From Rhina ancylostomus (Eukaryota): 64,000 nucleotides of DNA. Made by a program: the position numbers and the translations under genes. This document shows, piece by piece, positions 1 through 13,389 of this stretch. How positions within the stretch are numbered: position 1 is the first letter of the stretch; each line of letters opens with the position of its first letter. The notes below the pieces were generated by a model. That model was not told the origin of the DNA, did no database searches, and saw only the letters and a list, made by a program, of their open reading frames with translations. The stretch spans positions 64,916,471-64,980,470 of the forward strand of contig JARFYF010000112.1 in NCBI GenBank assembly GCA_030265395.1, written 5' to 3'.

Positions 1-75
1 ATCCTGACTCCAGTCTTGTATCGGTGTGCTGCATTTGGGTTCTCTGTGAGTTTGCTCCGGATCAACATTGTGACA
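1..75 (+). mobile_element. 3' end of an LTR (family A), truncated by the window start
   Basis: Ends ...AACATTGTGACA at 75. It is the reverse complement of the TGTCACAATGTTG... ends of the copies at 23827 and 52586. Confidence 0.8.
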
Positions 76-224
76 TCAGCCTCAAGTTCCCACAGTGATA
101 TCAAAGCATGCATGGCATGTTGATTGAAATTACCACTAGGCAGCCAACAAATGTTTCTTGATATATGTAAATATGTTATATGTTTGTTTTAATAAATATT
201 AATGATCTGAACTTGGGTGCACAG

Positions 225-495
225 GGTTCAGTTTCTAAATCTGGCATGGAGAAGAATCTGTCACACAGCAAGCAGTTGGGGTCTGGTTTGCACTGCCAGG
301 AGTGGTAGTGGAAGTGGAATTCAATTGTAGTGTTCAAGAGGGAACTGGATTAATAACTGAATTGAAAGTATTTGCAGGGCTACAAGGAGGAGGGCGGGAG
401 TGTGGAACTAACTAGGTTGCTCTTACATAGAGCATGCATGGACTCAATGGGCTGAAAAGCCTTCTTCAGTGCTGTAAGTTTTCTATTATTCTAAG
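225..495 (+). mobile_element. Decayed CR1 LINE 3' end
   Basis: GTTCAAGAGGGAACTGGAT...GCAGGGCTAC...ATGGGCTGAAAAGCCTTCTTCAGTGCTGTAAGTTTTCTATTATTCTA matches the typical CR1 3' UTR and (TTCTA) tail. Confidence 0.7.
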
Positions 496-889
496 TGTAA
501 ATACAACACCTATGTAGTGAAGGTTGCAATATAATTTATCAAATTACATATCTGTACCTCAATTCTCACACAGTGGTTCAAAACCTTACACTTTGCTTCA
601 CTTTCTAATGACCTTTGATCTGAGTTCCCATCATAATCTGATGATATTGTTTGAAATATAACATGTCAGCACCGGGCAAAGATTACTCTATTCAACTGTA
701 TTACCCAAAAGCCAAATAGCCTGATGAAGTTGAAAATGGCAGGTCAAAGTGTCAATTCACCAAGGTCCCCAAAAACTAGAGGTGCCTTTGAAAATAAGAA
801 AAAAAACTTAGCGAATTATTCTTGAGGCAACAATTTAACTAATCCTGTATCCTGAAGTCCTTGACCATGTCAGTTGTGGTATGGGATGT

Positions 890-1536
890 AGTTGTGAGAA
901 ATGACCCTAGCTGGTCAGAGGACAGTATTGCTCCTCAGATCGGAAGTGATACTTCTGTCAATCAAGGTGCAGCTCCACCCATCCCCCCTCAGGTGTGAGA
1001 GCCTGAACTTGCCCGACCATTGGCTTTGGCAGGAACCCTTGTCTTTGACCCTCATATGATTGATTCATTCAAATCATAACAGGGAGGCTCCACCTCACCT
1101 CCCAGAACCTAGCCCTTCCTCTTTTTGACAGCCCCAGGAGTAGTGAGACAACACTGCAGAGATCACTGGTAACAGTGCATCACCACAGGGTCAGGCGATG
1201 ACAATGTGGTGATGGTCATCTTCAGGCAGTCTTAGAGCCAATACTAGGGTGGCTAGGCATTGAAGTGTTATATCCTGAAGTTGTACATTGTTATTATTTG
1301 CTCGTTTGTATCAGTGTGTGTGTGTGTGTGTGTGTTTGTGTGTGTTTGTGAGTGTATGTTACTTCAGTTGCGAATCCCCTCTCATGCTCGTGGTATCTTG
1401 CGTGTGAGTGAGCGTTTGTCTGTTCCCATCCATTCTGTCCCATGTTTGCCTTTGTGGTTAAACTAGCTTTGGTCTACAAAACTCGTGTTCCAGAGTCCTT
1501 CATCCTTAAGACCGCAAAGAACAATTTCACATAACA
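890..1536 (+). mobile_element. Probable solo LTR (family B) with an internal (GT)n tract
   Basis: Imperfect terminal inverted repeat (AGTTGTGAGAAAT ... ATTTCACATAACA, 10/13), ends in ...ACA, ~650 bp, LTR-like 3' part. No clear TSD. Confidence 0.5.
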
Positions 1537-1719
1537 GGATCCTGTACAAAATATGGTTGGATTGTACTTCTGTGGCTTCAAGTGAACTGTTCCTACAGGA
1601 AAGATGTTAAGTAAATGTGAGGTGTGTTGTGCAGTGTTCCATATTAACCTTGAGATTTACTTTCTTGCTTTTCTCTATTAAGTCATCTGACGGAGTTTAA
1701 TTGTTCACACCTATTCTCT

Positions 1720-1853
1720 TAGCTCAGTCCAGACAAAATAGGCACCATTCCCTGCACTATCTCCATTGTTTGGCTCTTTCCTTCTATAGCTCAGTCCAGA
1801 CAAAATAGGCACCATTCCCTACACTATCTCCATTGTTTGGCTCTTTCCTTCTA
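1720..1853. repeat. 67 bp tandem duplication
   Basis: TAGCTCAGTCCAGACAAAATAGGCACC...TTCCTTCTA at 1720-1786 and 1787-1853, with one mismatch (CCCTGCACT vs CCCTACACT). Confidence 0.95.
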
Positions 1854-3064
1854 TATTGTAAATTCCAGTACTTTATTTTAGTCAAAGGAACAGATATATA
1901 CCAGCAACCCTCACTACTTGTGAGTATCACACTTAATACACATGACATCCATGTACTCCATCGCATATATTTGATTTCACCTATGGTTGACTTGCTCTCC
2001 TCGCTGACAACATTTTTTCCAACTGTGCTGCCACCAAATGACATCAGTGTAAAGTAAATGAGGCAGCGAGAGCCATCTGAAGAGATAGCTTTAACTGGCG
2101 CCAGTTGCATCTTCGCAGTAAGTACAAATGAAGGCAGTGGTAATCATTTTCTTCCACACCATGCATACAAACCAGTAATGCTTTCTTCCAATTGCTGGTC
2201 CTCATGGGCTCTCCCCATCAATCAGAAAATAGTCATGAGACAGGACTTGCCCAGAGTTTCACATGTCCACTTGTTTTAATATTACGGTGTGTGCCTTGGA
2301 TTATAAATGGAGCAGAATTCACAACAGCATTAGCTCAGGCCACATGTTTCTCCTCAAATGAATCACAAACATAAGTGTTGACATCGTTTGCAGTCAAAGA
2401 TTGGGCTCCAAAGGTTCGCATCATTGTATGGTTCAGCACTGTGCTTCTACTTGTTGCCATTTCCATGTTTACACCCGGATTGGTAATGGCGGCATTATGG
2501 AGGAATGCTGGCATTCCAAACAACAGTGAGAGGCTGTTCCGAAGGAAACCCACAACCTTTCCACCAAACAAAGCACAATTCTTTCAAGTTTCAAACATAC
2601 CTAATGAGTCTTGAGCAAACAAATTGTAGTCCCATTCCCTAGATAAAGGAGGATATTTTTTCATAATTATCTCTTTATCACGGCTGACCAGTCGGTTTAC
2701 TGCAGAGAGTTTAACTATGCTGGCCCACCACACCAAGCACAATGGACAAAATGAGATAACAGCTAACTGAGGGTGTTGTGAAAATGAATTAATGCATTTT
2801 ATCATTAGCTCTCTGGCAAACAAAAGAGGGATTTGCCAAAGCACTGTGAATGGAATGACGAAGAATGGAATAGGAAACCATTTAACCAGCAGTTATCCCT
2901 TGCATTTGAACGCACCCTCAGCCAATCCAGGAAACAATGACACATTTGTCTTTCAGAGTATTAAGAGTGTGGGACAAGTGACCAGGACTGACGTCTCTGT
3001 CAATGCAAACGTGAAGTGGGCTATTTGCTTTCGGCACATACTGTGGTTTATTTCTGCTGAGTAA
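1833..3064. pseudogene. Decayed coding-like segment of unknown origin (coding strand unresolved)
   Basis: Same-frame + ORFs chain together (1833-2057/2058-2279, then 2192-2374/2375-2614/2792-3064 with only 4 internal stops in ~290 codons). The minus strand is similarly open. No recognisable LINE RT motifs. Confidence 0.35.
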
Positions 3065-3869
3065 GTAAATCACTCCTTAAGTGGTGTTTACTGTGTGGAG
3101 GCTTAACTGTCTTGAACGCACATTGACATTCATGCAAAATACTAGTGATCTCAGTCAATACTGAAAGCTACTTAGCAAAGTATGTTCTAAACATTCACTG
3201 CACATTTATGATGGTGGGGTCATGTGTAAATGTTTTCTTGGTGAACAGTAGACCAAAAAAACTAGCATAGTGATGGGTATGTGGGTTCAAATCCTGCTGC
3301 AGAACTTGAATACATTGGTGGATTGAAACTGTAAAAGCATTGCTTTTTCAGACATATTGTCCATGTAATGATACCTGAACTAAGGGCCTGTTCGGCTATT
3401 CAGATGCATACTAAGAACCCCTCAGCTCTATTCACAGGAAAACTGAGTTCCAATGGTGAGGTGGGAAAGCCCTGAAAAATGATTGAATAGAACAGTGGAA
3501 GGACAATGGGATGTTTTTGGATTGCCATGCAAAAGTATATTGAGAAACCATCTTTACCTGTAGAAATCTTGTGGTCTTATCTAGAGCACTGCAGGTTATA
3601 TGTTGAAGTGCTAGTTGCAGCACAGAAATTGTGCAAGAACAGAAGTGCTGGTCACTCTGCAAGTTCAGAGTCATGGAAATAAAAATATATGGTGATATAT
3701 TTCAAGTTTGCATCCATTTAAATCCTTGCCAATATGTATTCTTCAATCAACATCACAAAAATGATTATCTGATTACTTTATTGTTAATCCTTGGAGTATA
3801 CTGAGAGAAGTTGTGAGTTGCTTTCCAGTGTTACAGCAGTTACCTGACTTTGATTCAGTTCACCCCATG

Positions 3870-4150
3870 TGACAACAAGAAATGACTGGGAGCAGTAGAG
3901 ACAACAAAGCCTATGGAAGCAGCCAACATCCTGATTCTAGTACAGAAGAGCTGATGCTTTATTTCTTGCCAAGTTTCAAGCAAGCTCTTTCAGGACACTG
4001 ATATCTATCCAATAACATGGAAAATTGCCCAAGTATGCCCTGTTCACAGTAAGCATGAAAGAAATAATTCTGATAATTACTGCTCAACCAGTACATTCTC
4101 AGTCATCAGCAAAATAATGGAAAGTGTTGTCAACAGTGCATTTAACCCTA
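3870..4150 (+). mobile_element. Non-LTR retrotransposon RT fragment (CR1-group, Crack/L2-related family)
   Basis: TGGAAAATTGCCCAAGTATGCCCTGTTCAC encodes WKIAQVCPVH, followed by a degenerate NYxPISLLS-type motif. Confidence 0.7.
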
Positions 4151-4169
4151 TCCACTGTGCCTAATTTGT

Positions 4170-5165
4170 CAAATTGCTTATCCAATATCTAATTTTGATG
4201 AATAGAAATTTCCTCCAGCTAGATATTGGGAAGACCAAAACCATTACCTTCACCTACACCAATCAACCTGTCACAACTAACCCATGCCACTCCCTGATCA
4301 CTAACTTTACCATCCCCTTGGCACTGTTCGATGCTGAAGTTGTCATGGTTCTGAGTTCTGGCCCTCAATTTGGCTCCATTAATGCTTTGTTGTCCTGCAC
4401 ATGGATTCCATGCTGGACTGATTAGACAACTGTGCACACCTNNNNNNNNNNNNNNNNNNNNNNNNNNNNNNNNNNNNNNNNNNNNNNNNNNNNNNNNNNN
4501 NNNNNNNNNNNNNNNNNNNNNNNNNNNNNNNNNNNNNNNNNNNNNNNNNNNNNNNNNNNNNNNNNNNNNNNNNNNNNNNNNNNNNNNNNNNNNNNNNNNN
4601 NNNNNNNNNNNNNNNNNNNNNNNNGTTAATCAATGACTCCAAATTTCTACCAGGCCACTGTAGCTGCTGATTTTCTCAATTGCTCACTCACTTCAGCCAT
4701 GGTAATCTTTTTTCCTTAGTAAATATTTTTAGTCTTGGAAGTTCAAATCAAGTGGTGAACACTTTGAGAAGAATATTCAGGCTTTGCCCTTCGTTAGCTT
4801 GAGATTGTGGTTTTCTGTTCAGTTTAAATCAGTTTATCAATTTTAAAATTCTTAATCATTTTTTTAATGCCTCCATGGTCTCCCACCTTGCTTATCCACC
4901 AGCCCTCTGAAATACCTGCTGCCCTCCAGTTGTGTCCTTATTGGAATAAAGCCATGACTTTATTGGCTTTATTTTTGACGTCCTTAATTTCAGTTCTGGA
5001 ATTCTCTTGACAAACCTTTCTCTACCTTTCTTCCTCCTTACAGTCACTTCTTTACAAAGCCTTTGGCTCCCTTTTGTAATATTTCCTTGTGTGTTTGGTA
5101 TTTCTCTGCAGCACCTTGAAACAGTTCACTATGTTAAAGATACCACAAGTTATTGTTGTTGCAAA
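4170..5165 (+). mobile_element. Decayed L2 LINE 3' portion interrupted by an LTR
   Basis: NFLQLDIGKTKTI motif at the ORF2 C-terminal region. L2-type tail GCACCTTGAAACAGTTCACTATGTTAAAGAT...AAGTTATTGTTGTT. Confidence 0.65.
4341..4441 (+). mobile_element. 5' part of an LTR (family A) running into an assembly gap
   Basis: Starts TGTCATGGTTCTGAGTTCTGGCCC, the reverse complement of the 24170-24197 end of the TSD-flanked copy. Confidence 0.8.
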
Positions 5166-5756
5166 GTGGGGCTCTGTATTGATGATAGGGGTTGTAGTTT
5201 CAACTGTTGTTGGGAGACAAACATGGATGCTTCAAGATCTAATACAACAAGTCACCAGTACCTGATTTTGATAGAGTTTTCTTGTAGGGTCAGCCTCCGG
5301 TATCTAAGTGACATGTTTGCAATTAATGATACATTTTTGTCATAATTATAATGCCCTCTCCTCTGGCTAGTATCTATAAATAGTGGGGACAAATAACAGA
5401 TAATCAAGCTTAATTTTCCCCTGCCAATTCACCTGTCTTTATAGGTATAATTCATAGAGGATAAGATAGCAGAAAGCATTCCTATAATTCCACAATGGAA
5501 TATTGTCTTGGAATTTTTCTATGGAGCCTACATCAGTAGATGCAAATAATAGTATTACATTCTACAAATTATATAACGCCATTAGGAGGTTTGTCCCCAT
5601 GTCACAGACACAATCCACACGATCCATGTCCTCACATCTAACTGTCTGCAAAGCTCAAGTGGTCTTAAGGGCATAAAAAAGGATAGAGAAACTGTAGTGG
5701 AAGTATTGGCAAAAGTAAGCAACAGTAGATAGCAAATGAGCAGCAGCACCAGATTG

Positions 5757-5843
5757 TGATGTTGATGTTGATGTTGATGTTGCATATGTACACATTTGTG
5801 TGTGTGTGTGACAGAGAGAGGGAGAGAGAGAGAGAGAGAGAGA
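5757..5843. repeat. Compound microsatellite (TGATGT)n-(TG)n-(AG)n
   Basis: Directly visible. Confidence 0.95.
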
Positions 5844-8159
5844 AAACAAAAGGAAAAGAGTGAGACTCATCATCGCAATTCTCTGAATTTGTTTAAACAA
5901 ACCCGGCAGGTAAAGCTTTTGAGTCTCACACCAATTTCATTGAGCAATCATAGAGTGCCTACCCTACTGACTCAATGTGTACCAGAGGCAAAATCAAATA
6001 AGTGAATCAACATATTGTAAAATGTTAGTGTGGATTTCCACTATTTTCCGAAACACATAGAGACACATCACACTCTGAAGTAATGGTTCTATCTAGCTGC
6101 AGCTATGCTGCTCAATTCTGGCAGGTAGTGAACAATAGATTTATGAAGATGTGCTCCAATATTTGGCCTCCAAGTCTTGATTGTTTTTCAGCTACATAAT
6201 GAATAGCATGAACAAATGATCCACTTGGAGATGTTAGCCACACCATATAAGTATCCATAAATAATATCTATGTCAGGCCTGCTCATTACTAAATGCCTAA
6301 TCCAAGGCATCACAAAGGGAGCTTTGGTAAAGTGGGATGCTCACATGATGTTCAACTCCTTTCCACCTGCTCAGCAACATGTAGATGTCATATTTCATTT
6401 AACACAGCTTTTATTATTGTAAACATGGCAACATGATGTTATCTGTACAAGCAAAACAAGTTTGACTGTAGATTTTTATGCCAATGCTGCCTGACTTTGC
6501 AGCCATTATGAAAATAATGTTTGACCACACAAAGCTGCTTTGTAAAATAACAATGGTTTCCCTACAAAGAGCAGTGGGTTACTGCAGAATACGCTGAGTG
6601 ACCATTTAAGGCTTACCAGAAAGGCATGAGAGGCACTCTCTTAATGAGATTTGCTTTGTCTTTGAGCACGTTTTACTTTCTGTATTGTGATCTGAACCAT
6701 ATCTTTGGCTAACTTCAACAGTGGTTTTTGCATGTTGATTTGTTGCCTGTCTGATCACTTACAACTCAAGGCTTATTGAAACAGATGAAGTTTAGGTTAT
6801 AGAATTATGCCAGCTCCAAAGGATTTATCACTGCAAGAATGGTCCCTTTAATGTTTCAGCCTGACTATCTCTGATGAGGGGAATAAAGAGAGCTTCATAA
6901 GAGAGCTCAGTCTGAAGGGATTAACTGCACACTTTCCAAGCAGAAAATATAGCAGTGGGAACATTTACTATGCTTTCAGATTACAGAGGTAACTGAATTT
7001 ACCATATTTATATGAGAAAAAGTATGCTTGATACTCCTGACTGTAATAAATATCATAATCGCAGAATTTTAGATCTTAAGAGGTGGTTTACTTTGGAGTT
7101 TCCTCCAATGTCTATATTTTAAAAATCCCTTCAAAATTAATTTTTTTATTCATTTAGATGTTACTTCTTTGACATGTTAAATGAATAACAACACTATATA
7201 GTAAATCACTCAAACAAACACAGAGTGACACCTTTATATAGAATATACCTTTTATGTAGAAAACTGTTCTGAGGCACCTCACAGAGGCTTAGGGAAAATG
7301 AACCGTTAGCCAAGATCAGAGAAGTACGTTTAAAAGAAATGTTTATAGGGGTAGGAAGATGAAATAATGAAGATTTATGTTGAGATTTTTGAAGAATGAA
7401 GGCTAAGCAACTGAAACAATCAATAATAATGCATTAAGAGTCTGCTTTAAAAATACTATTATTACACAGAATTTGGAGTGGGTCAAAGAGGACATATACA
7501 TACACACTGCATACTATATTATACATGCAGAGTGGCGTGAACTAAATACATGGATGAGAATTCTAAATCGGTGGTGTTGATGAACCAGAATCTGAAATAA
7601 ATCACCAAGGAAATGTGTCACAGGTAAGCAGAAATTGTACTGGAATATCACCAGCAGGGTTTTACATGGACCTGAATGTTATTGTAGGGGCAGGCCAGAG
7701 GAAGATAAATGATACAACGTGCAGATTTCAGAATCTTTAGATAGTGATGCAGTTGTTAAATACTTTACTTTCTATCCAAGGGTATACTACAGATCTTAAA
7801 CATAGTAACATAATTTAATTCTGGCGTTAAGGTCATCTACCAGTTGGAGTTTATCTGGCGTTTTTCAAAGTTACTACCTCATTTGTAATCTTTATACCTT
7901 CTAATAGATGTGACGAGGCAGCAAAAGTGGTATTAAAATGAGAATAGATATGTTAACCTTTCATGCACTCCTGTTCATATTATACAAATAGATTGTGAAA
8001 TATAAAGCTGTTCATCACATTCTCATCCTTTTTAAAAATAAAATTAATTCAAAGAACATAGACAGTGTCAAGACTGGCATTTAATGTCCAACCCTAATTT
8101 CCCTATACTGGGGAAATGATTAAGAGTCAATCATTCCTGGGTCTGGGCCGAATTTTGTG

Positions 8160-8435
8160 GATTACACTGAACAGAGTTTTCCGATGAAATGTTAAGCTGA
8201 GGCTCTTCAATTAAGTGTAAGATATTCTATGGGGTTTTTGAAGATGATCAAGGGAGTTCCTTCTATATCCTAATGAACAGTTATCCCTTAGCTGGAATCA
8301 GTATAACTGATTATCTGAATATTGATCTCATTGTATGTGGGTATTTGCTGCACCGCTTTACAGCAGCCATACTTTTATTGCCTGTAAAACACTTTGGGAC
8401 ATCCTGAAGATATGCAAGGTGCTAAATAAACAATT
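8160..8435 (+). mobile_element. Deu-domain SINE (SacSINE1/AmnSINE1-like) relic
   Basis: TTCCGATGAAATGTTAAGCTGAGGC...TTTGAAGATGATCAAGGGAGTT...TTATCCCT...GATTATCTG...CACTTTGGGACATCCTGA follows the Deu-domain and L2-like tail order. Weaker copies near 3720-3850, 9900-10045 and 54340-54660. Confidence 0.7.
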
Positions 8436-11400
8436 CTTTATTTTTTTCTCACCTGATGAAAAGAGCAATGGTACAGTGAAGCCAGAAAGTTTCTCCTCAG
8501 AAGCAAAGTGTCTGAATCTTCTGTTCCTTGAGATAAACTATCATTTATTCTCCAAATACCTGATACATTCCATTGAAAATTATGGCGCTGACTGGACCAA
8601 CAATCCAGTAACTCTGATCTGTACTACTGTGAACTTGACACCAAGAGACAATCAGAAGAGAATATTCCTGGTGCACCGATAAAGAACTTTATATATTTTA
8701 TTCATCAGTGTCATAAAAAATGAATTAACAGACAATATTCTACTGAATGGAAGATTTTATTATATAGTACAGCTTTCACAGTATTCACAGTTCTTTTAGT
8801 GAACAGTTCAATATGGAGAATGGAAGGATAGTGTGGGATATGCAGCACAGTATGTTATAAAAATAAGATGCATTTTTGAGAAACCTAAGATAGTATGACC
8901 AATGGGAAGCATAAAATTCCTCTCCAGTCAGAGACAGTTGTGGACTCCAGGTAACATCTAGGGATCAAAAAGTAAACAATAGTTTGATGGACTGAAGAGT
9001 TGGGAAATACTGGCAGTTGTGTGTGGAATCATAGGTATTTCTCTGTGTATGTGCTACCAAAATGGGGATCCATAAACAAATGTAGAAGCTCTTAGCTTGC
9101 TTACTGCTCTTTGGTAATTTCCAAACTGCATCCAATGTTGGACCGCCATTCCACAGCACCCAGGCTGGGAATCTTCTTATTGAATCTATATCAGGTGAGA
9201 CTTGCTGCAGGAACAGTAAATTTATTAGCTTGATAAGTCAAATTCAAGAGATTGGTGGATAAGCATATGGAGAAATTTAAAATAGAGGGATATGTAGCAG
9301 GATGGCGTTAGATAGTCTCAGGTGAGGTTTAAAAGTCGGTACAACATTGTGGGCCAAAGGGCTGTATTGTGCTGTACTGTTCTATGATTCTATGAAAATA
9401 AGTATTGGTTCTTTGTATATTTTTGAATAAATTATTTTTTTGTTACAGATATTTTTAAGAGTATTCATTAATTCTAATAAATTTTAATATGTTTTATTTG
9501 TTTGATTTTTAATGATTTTGTAATGTTTTGGATGGATGGTCAGAAACAGTCAACATTTTTTGACAGGTTTGATAATTAGCCAGACCAGGGGACATGGTTT
9601 AGCAGCTAACATGGTTTTTCCCAGCTGTTCCATGGGTGAGGCTTGTTCTGCACCTCCCCCACCCCGTCCTTATCCAGGTGATTGCACCATGTCACACATG
9701 GCTTTGGGCCAGCACTTAGAAGCCCATTGGCAATGGAAGATCCATAAAATTAAGTAAGTTTTTGGCCAATGACAGAAACTTCTGGCCCAACATTTAGTTC
9801 TTCCACAGTGAGGTGCGGGTGTGAAAGACTTCACATGGTAGCAACATGTTTGTGACAAACTGCCTAATTTGTATGCGGATGATGTCACATAACTCATTTG
9901 TCTTTTTGCAGGACCTTGCTGTACACAACTTTGCTTTTGTCTTTACTCTCAAAACAACATTGATACCATTTCATTAAATAAGTTACATTGCAATGTTAAT
10001 TGGGACATCCTAAAGATATGAAAATTATAAATTTAAGTTCTTCCTAGGCATTAAATATTTGTTGTGCAACATTAATTGGAAGTTTTTGTCCCTGATTAAA
10101 TACATGACAGAGATGACAGCACATTGGTAAATCATACCAATTGGCCTATTGGCTAAAAATTTGATGCAAAATTAACAGTGAGGGCAATGATCCAATAGAA
10201 AACTCATGCCGAGGCTGGACATATAAAATAAGAACAGAAAATGCTGCACCTGCTGAGCTTTTCCAGCATTTTCTTTATTTTTTTCTGAAGGTAATAATGC
10301 AGGCTGTTAATTATGTACAAGCGCTATAGAAACTTCAGGTGAGGACAGAGGCATGATTAAACTCAAGGCCAAAAGTTGCTGTATATGAAGTGGCATTCTA
10401 CTGTTAACATTTCACGGCCTAAATTACCACTGAAATGCATTGCATGCAATGATGTTGCTTTGTGTAGAAACATACTAAACTCCTATAGAAGGTTGTCTTG
10501 TCTATTTCAGTCTAAACATTTAAAATGGTGTGATGTGTTAATTACTGCTAGTCATCATCTCTAGCACAGAAAATTACCAATTACATATATGGACTCTCTT
10601 TTCATCAAGGTTTAATTGTCTTTAGATGCTCCAATACTGCAAATTATAGCTCACTATAGCTACTAACAGTATATTCATTTATAATAAANNNNNNNNNNCT
10701 CATAGCCAGCAAACTGGATTTGTCTTTTAATATGGGTATTTATATGAGGATGGCTAACCTCATCAAGTAATGGCTTCTTAAATGTCTTGGGGGTCTGCCC
10801 ACAGTGACCACAAGTGAAAATAAAATGTTGGTCTGTCTCCTAACCCTTCCAGTCCATAGACGCAAATCTCTAGTTTACATTAAATGTATAATCATTTTGG
10901 ACACTTCAGTCAACTATTTGTTTTATACAGGAGTCTTGGCTGCAAATTTCATCACATTATAACCATTAATAACAACAAAAATAGCAGAGCAACATTATTG
11001 TACAAGCAATATGAGGCTTTAGTAATTGAACAACAATTTCTATTGGCCTGGTATCTTATTTTAAAGTTGAACACTCTGCAAAGAAATCCAGTGCTTTTTA
11101 AAATATGGACAAATTTGCTATTCTACCTTCATCACAAAGTAAAATTGTGTCTTGACTTAAATGGTTATAATAGACTTTATACATAAAACAATGGCTGTAG
11201 GTTGGAAAGACAGACTCAGCCAAATAGGTCATACATCCCCATTACTCAGTGACAACCTGTAAATTCTGTAACACGGAGCTGGCCTCATGCCAGTTTGTAA
11301 TGAGGCTGTATATGCAGTAATAGTGAGACCAATAAAGTGCCAGTTTGTAAGATAGCCAATATATCCTGTAATACAAAGCTGATCTGGTGTCTGTTTTCAA

Positions 11401-11994
11401 TGAGGCCTATTTATAAGGTGATGTATACACAATATGTAGTCACATTGCCTTAAAGAATGTGATCAAGATATGTAAGTACATTATTGATGCAACTTATCAA
11501 ACTTTATTTATACTGTAACCATGAAAACGTGCATCAGTGGCAGAATTAGCTGGACACCTACGATGACCTTTAGTGGAGAGTTTAAGTTAGCCTTAATAAT
11601 GAGGGCTTTTGATGCACCTAATGAAATTCTCATTAAAGTAAGGTCTTGCATATTAGAAGGGTGTAGATCTCTTTAAAGGAACTTGACACAAAATTTGGAT
11701 CATTAGTACTCACTGTTTGAAACCTATGAGTGTCCTTAGATCTGGAACTGTGATTCACCTCATGTGTGTGTATTGTGGAGAAAATTTCACCATTGTGCAT
11801 ATTCGTGGTGGCATTAGTCCATGTGCAGTGAATGCTCATAGAAATTACGTCATCTGCATCTATGATAGCACTGATTTGATACATGTATTGTCGCTTTTGA
11901 ACTCAATACTCTAGTTAAAGTCAGCTCTAATGATGGAAAACAGCAAAGCAGCAAGAAGGATCACCTGAAAAGTGTTTTTAATAGGAAACCTCCA

Positions 11995-12620
11995 GGTAAG
12001 AACATTAGTAGAAGCAGGAGTAGGCTATTTAGCCTGTTATGCCTGTTCTGCTACATAATATGATAATGAGCGATCATTTACCTGAGTGCCAATTTCAAGC
12101 ACTAAGTCAATGTCTCTTAATATCATTCTCATATAAAAATTTAACAATCTCTGTTTTGAATATACTCAGTGACCAAGACTCCACAACCCTCTTGGGGAGC
12201 AACTTCCGGGCTCACCACCGTCTGGGTATTGAAGATTCTTCTCAGTTCTGTCCTGAATGGCCAACCCCTCATTTTCAGAGTGTGACGGTTGGTTCTAGAT
12301 ATCCCAGCCAAGGGAAACACCATCCCTGCATCTAACTTGCCAGCCCCCTCAAAGACGTTGTATGTTTCAAAGAAACTTCTCAATAATTTTTCAAAGTTCA
12401 AAGGTATAGACTCATTCAGCTTCTCATTTGACGATCCAACCATCACAGGAGTCAATGTGGTGATCCTTTGCTGCACTCCTCTGGCATAGTTACTCTTCCT
12501 TATGTCGGAGACCAGACCACTACATAATATTCCAGATGTGATCTCCTCAGGGCTCTGTATAATTGGGTCAAGATATCTCTATTCTTGTACTCACACCCAC
12601 TTGAAATTAAAGCTGAATTT
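11995..12620 (-). mobile_element. CR1 LINE 3' fragment
   Basis: Minus ORF includes ETYNVFEG...FPLAGISRTNRHTLKMRGWPFRTELRRIFNTQTVV. CR1 tail AGCAGGAGTAGGCTATTTAGCC on +. Confidence 0.85.
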
Positions 12621-13124
12621 TACAGGTTAGCTACAGTTTGTCTTTTTTTCTGTTTTTTGCTATGATTTTGAAAGATGCTCTATATTGTAAAAGCTCCTGA
12701 GGTTGGTGTGAGCGTATTGGTGGGGGAGGGGGGGGGAGAAGAGGGAGGGGTAGTGTGTGGTAGGTGCTGATGGACCTTAGGTTCACTTTTAGCTTTTAAA
12801 CCAGCCAATTGTCCCAGAGGACAATATGTTTGAAGATGTTTACTATGGACTACAGCTTTACTTGAGCAGAAGACACAAAAAGCAAGACAAGCTGCTGGAG
12901 GAGGGAGGACTTGATGGTGGAGAGCTGTCAGCAGGAGATTGTATATGCTTGAGGTTATTAGGAAGCAATTATTCTGATTAAAGCACGTGTGAAACATGGA
13001 TGCTTTAATTAACACATCTTTACTTGTTTGACCACCTGCCACAACCACAGAGCAGAGCAAGGAATGCATTGCCAGTGGCTATCTAGATATTGGAGTAATA
13101 AGTGTTTAAGAAGGATATGGTGTT

Positions 13125-13350
13125 CTAAAAGTTCAGGTAGCATCTGTGAGGAGAGATACAGAATCACTATTTCATGTCAATAATCTTTCACAAGTTCTGA
13201 GAGAAATCCAGTGTGTTTTAAGTACTGAGGAGGGGGGAGGGGGCAGGGTGGTGAGAGCAAAAGGAATGTATGTGATAGTGTGGGTGGAACCGAGAGAGAC
13301 TGAATTATATAAGTGGTGCTGATGCCAGTTGAGAGAGGCTGGAAAAGTCT
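13125..13350 (-). mobile_element. Penelope-type element terminal region (decayed)
   Basis: TCAGGTAGCATCTGTGAGGAGAGATACAGA arm motif shared with the 15945, 17265, 21290 and 43615 copies, followed by the G-rich purine tract typical of these elements. Confidence 0.5.
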
Positions 13351-13389
13351 TGTTTATCACAGATATTCTCATATCTCATATTTCCTGAA

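Noticed and set aside
3270-3310. tRNA gene (GGGTTCAAATCC B-box)
   Set aside because: No cloverleaf. It is more likely a decayed tRNA-derived SINE head.
76-4340. Full-length LTR retrotransposon between the same-orientation LTRs at 1-75 and 4341
   Set aside because: No PBS after 75, no PPT before 4341 and no gag/pol motifs. The 4341 copy interrupts an L2 relic, so these are independent insertions.
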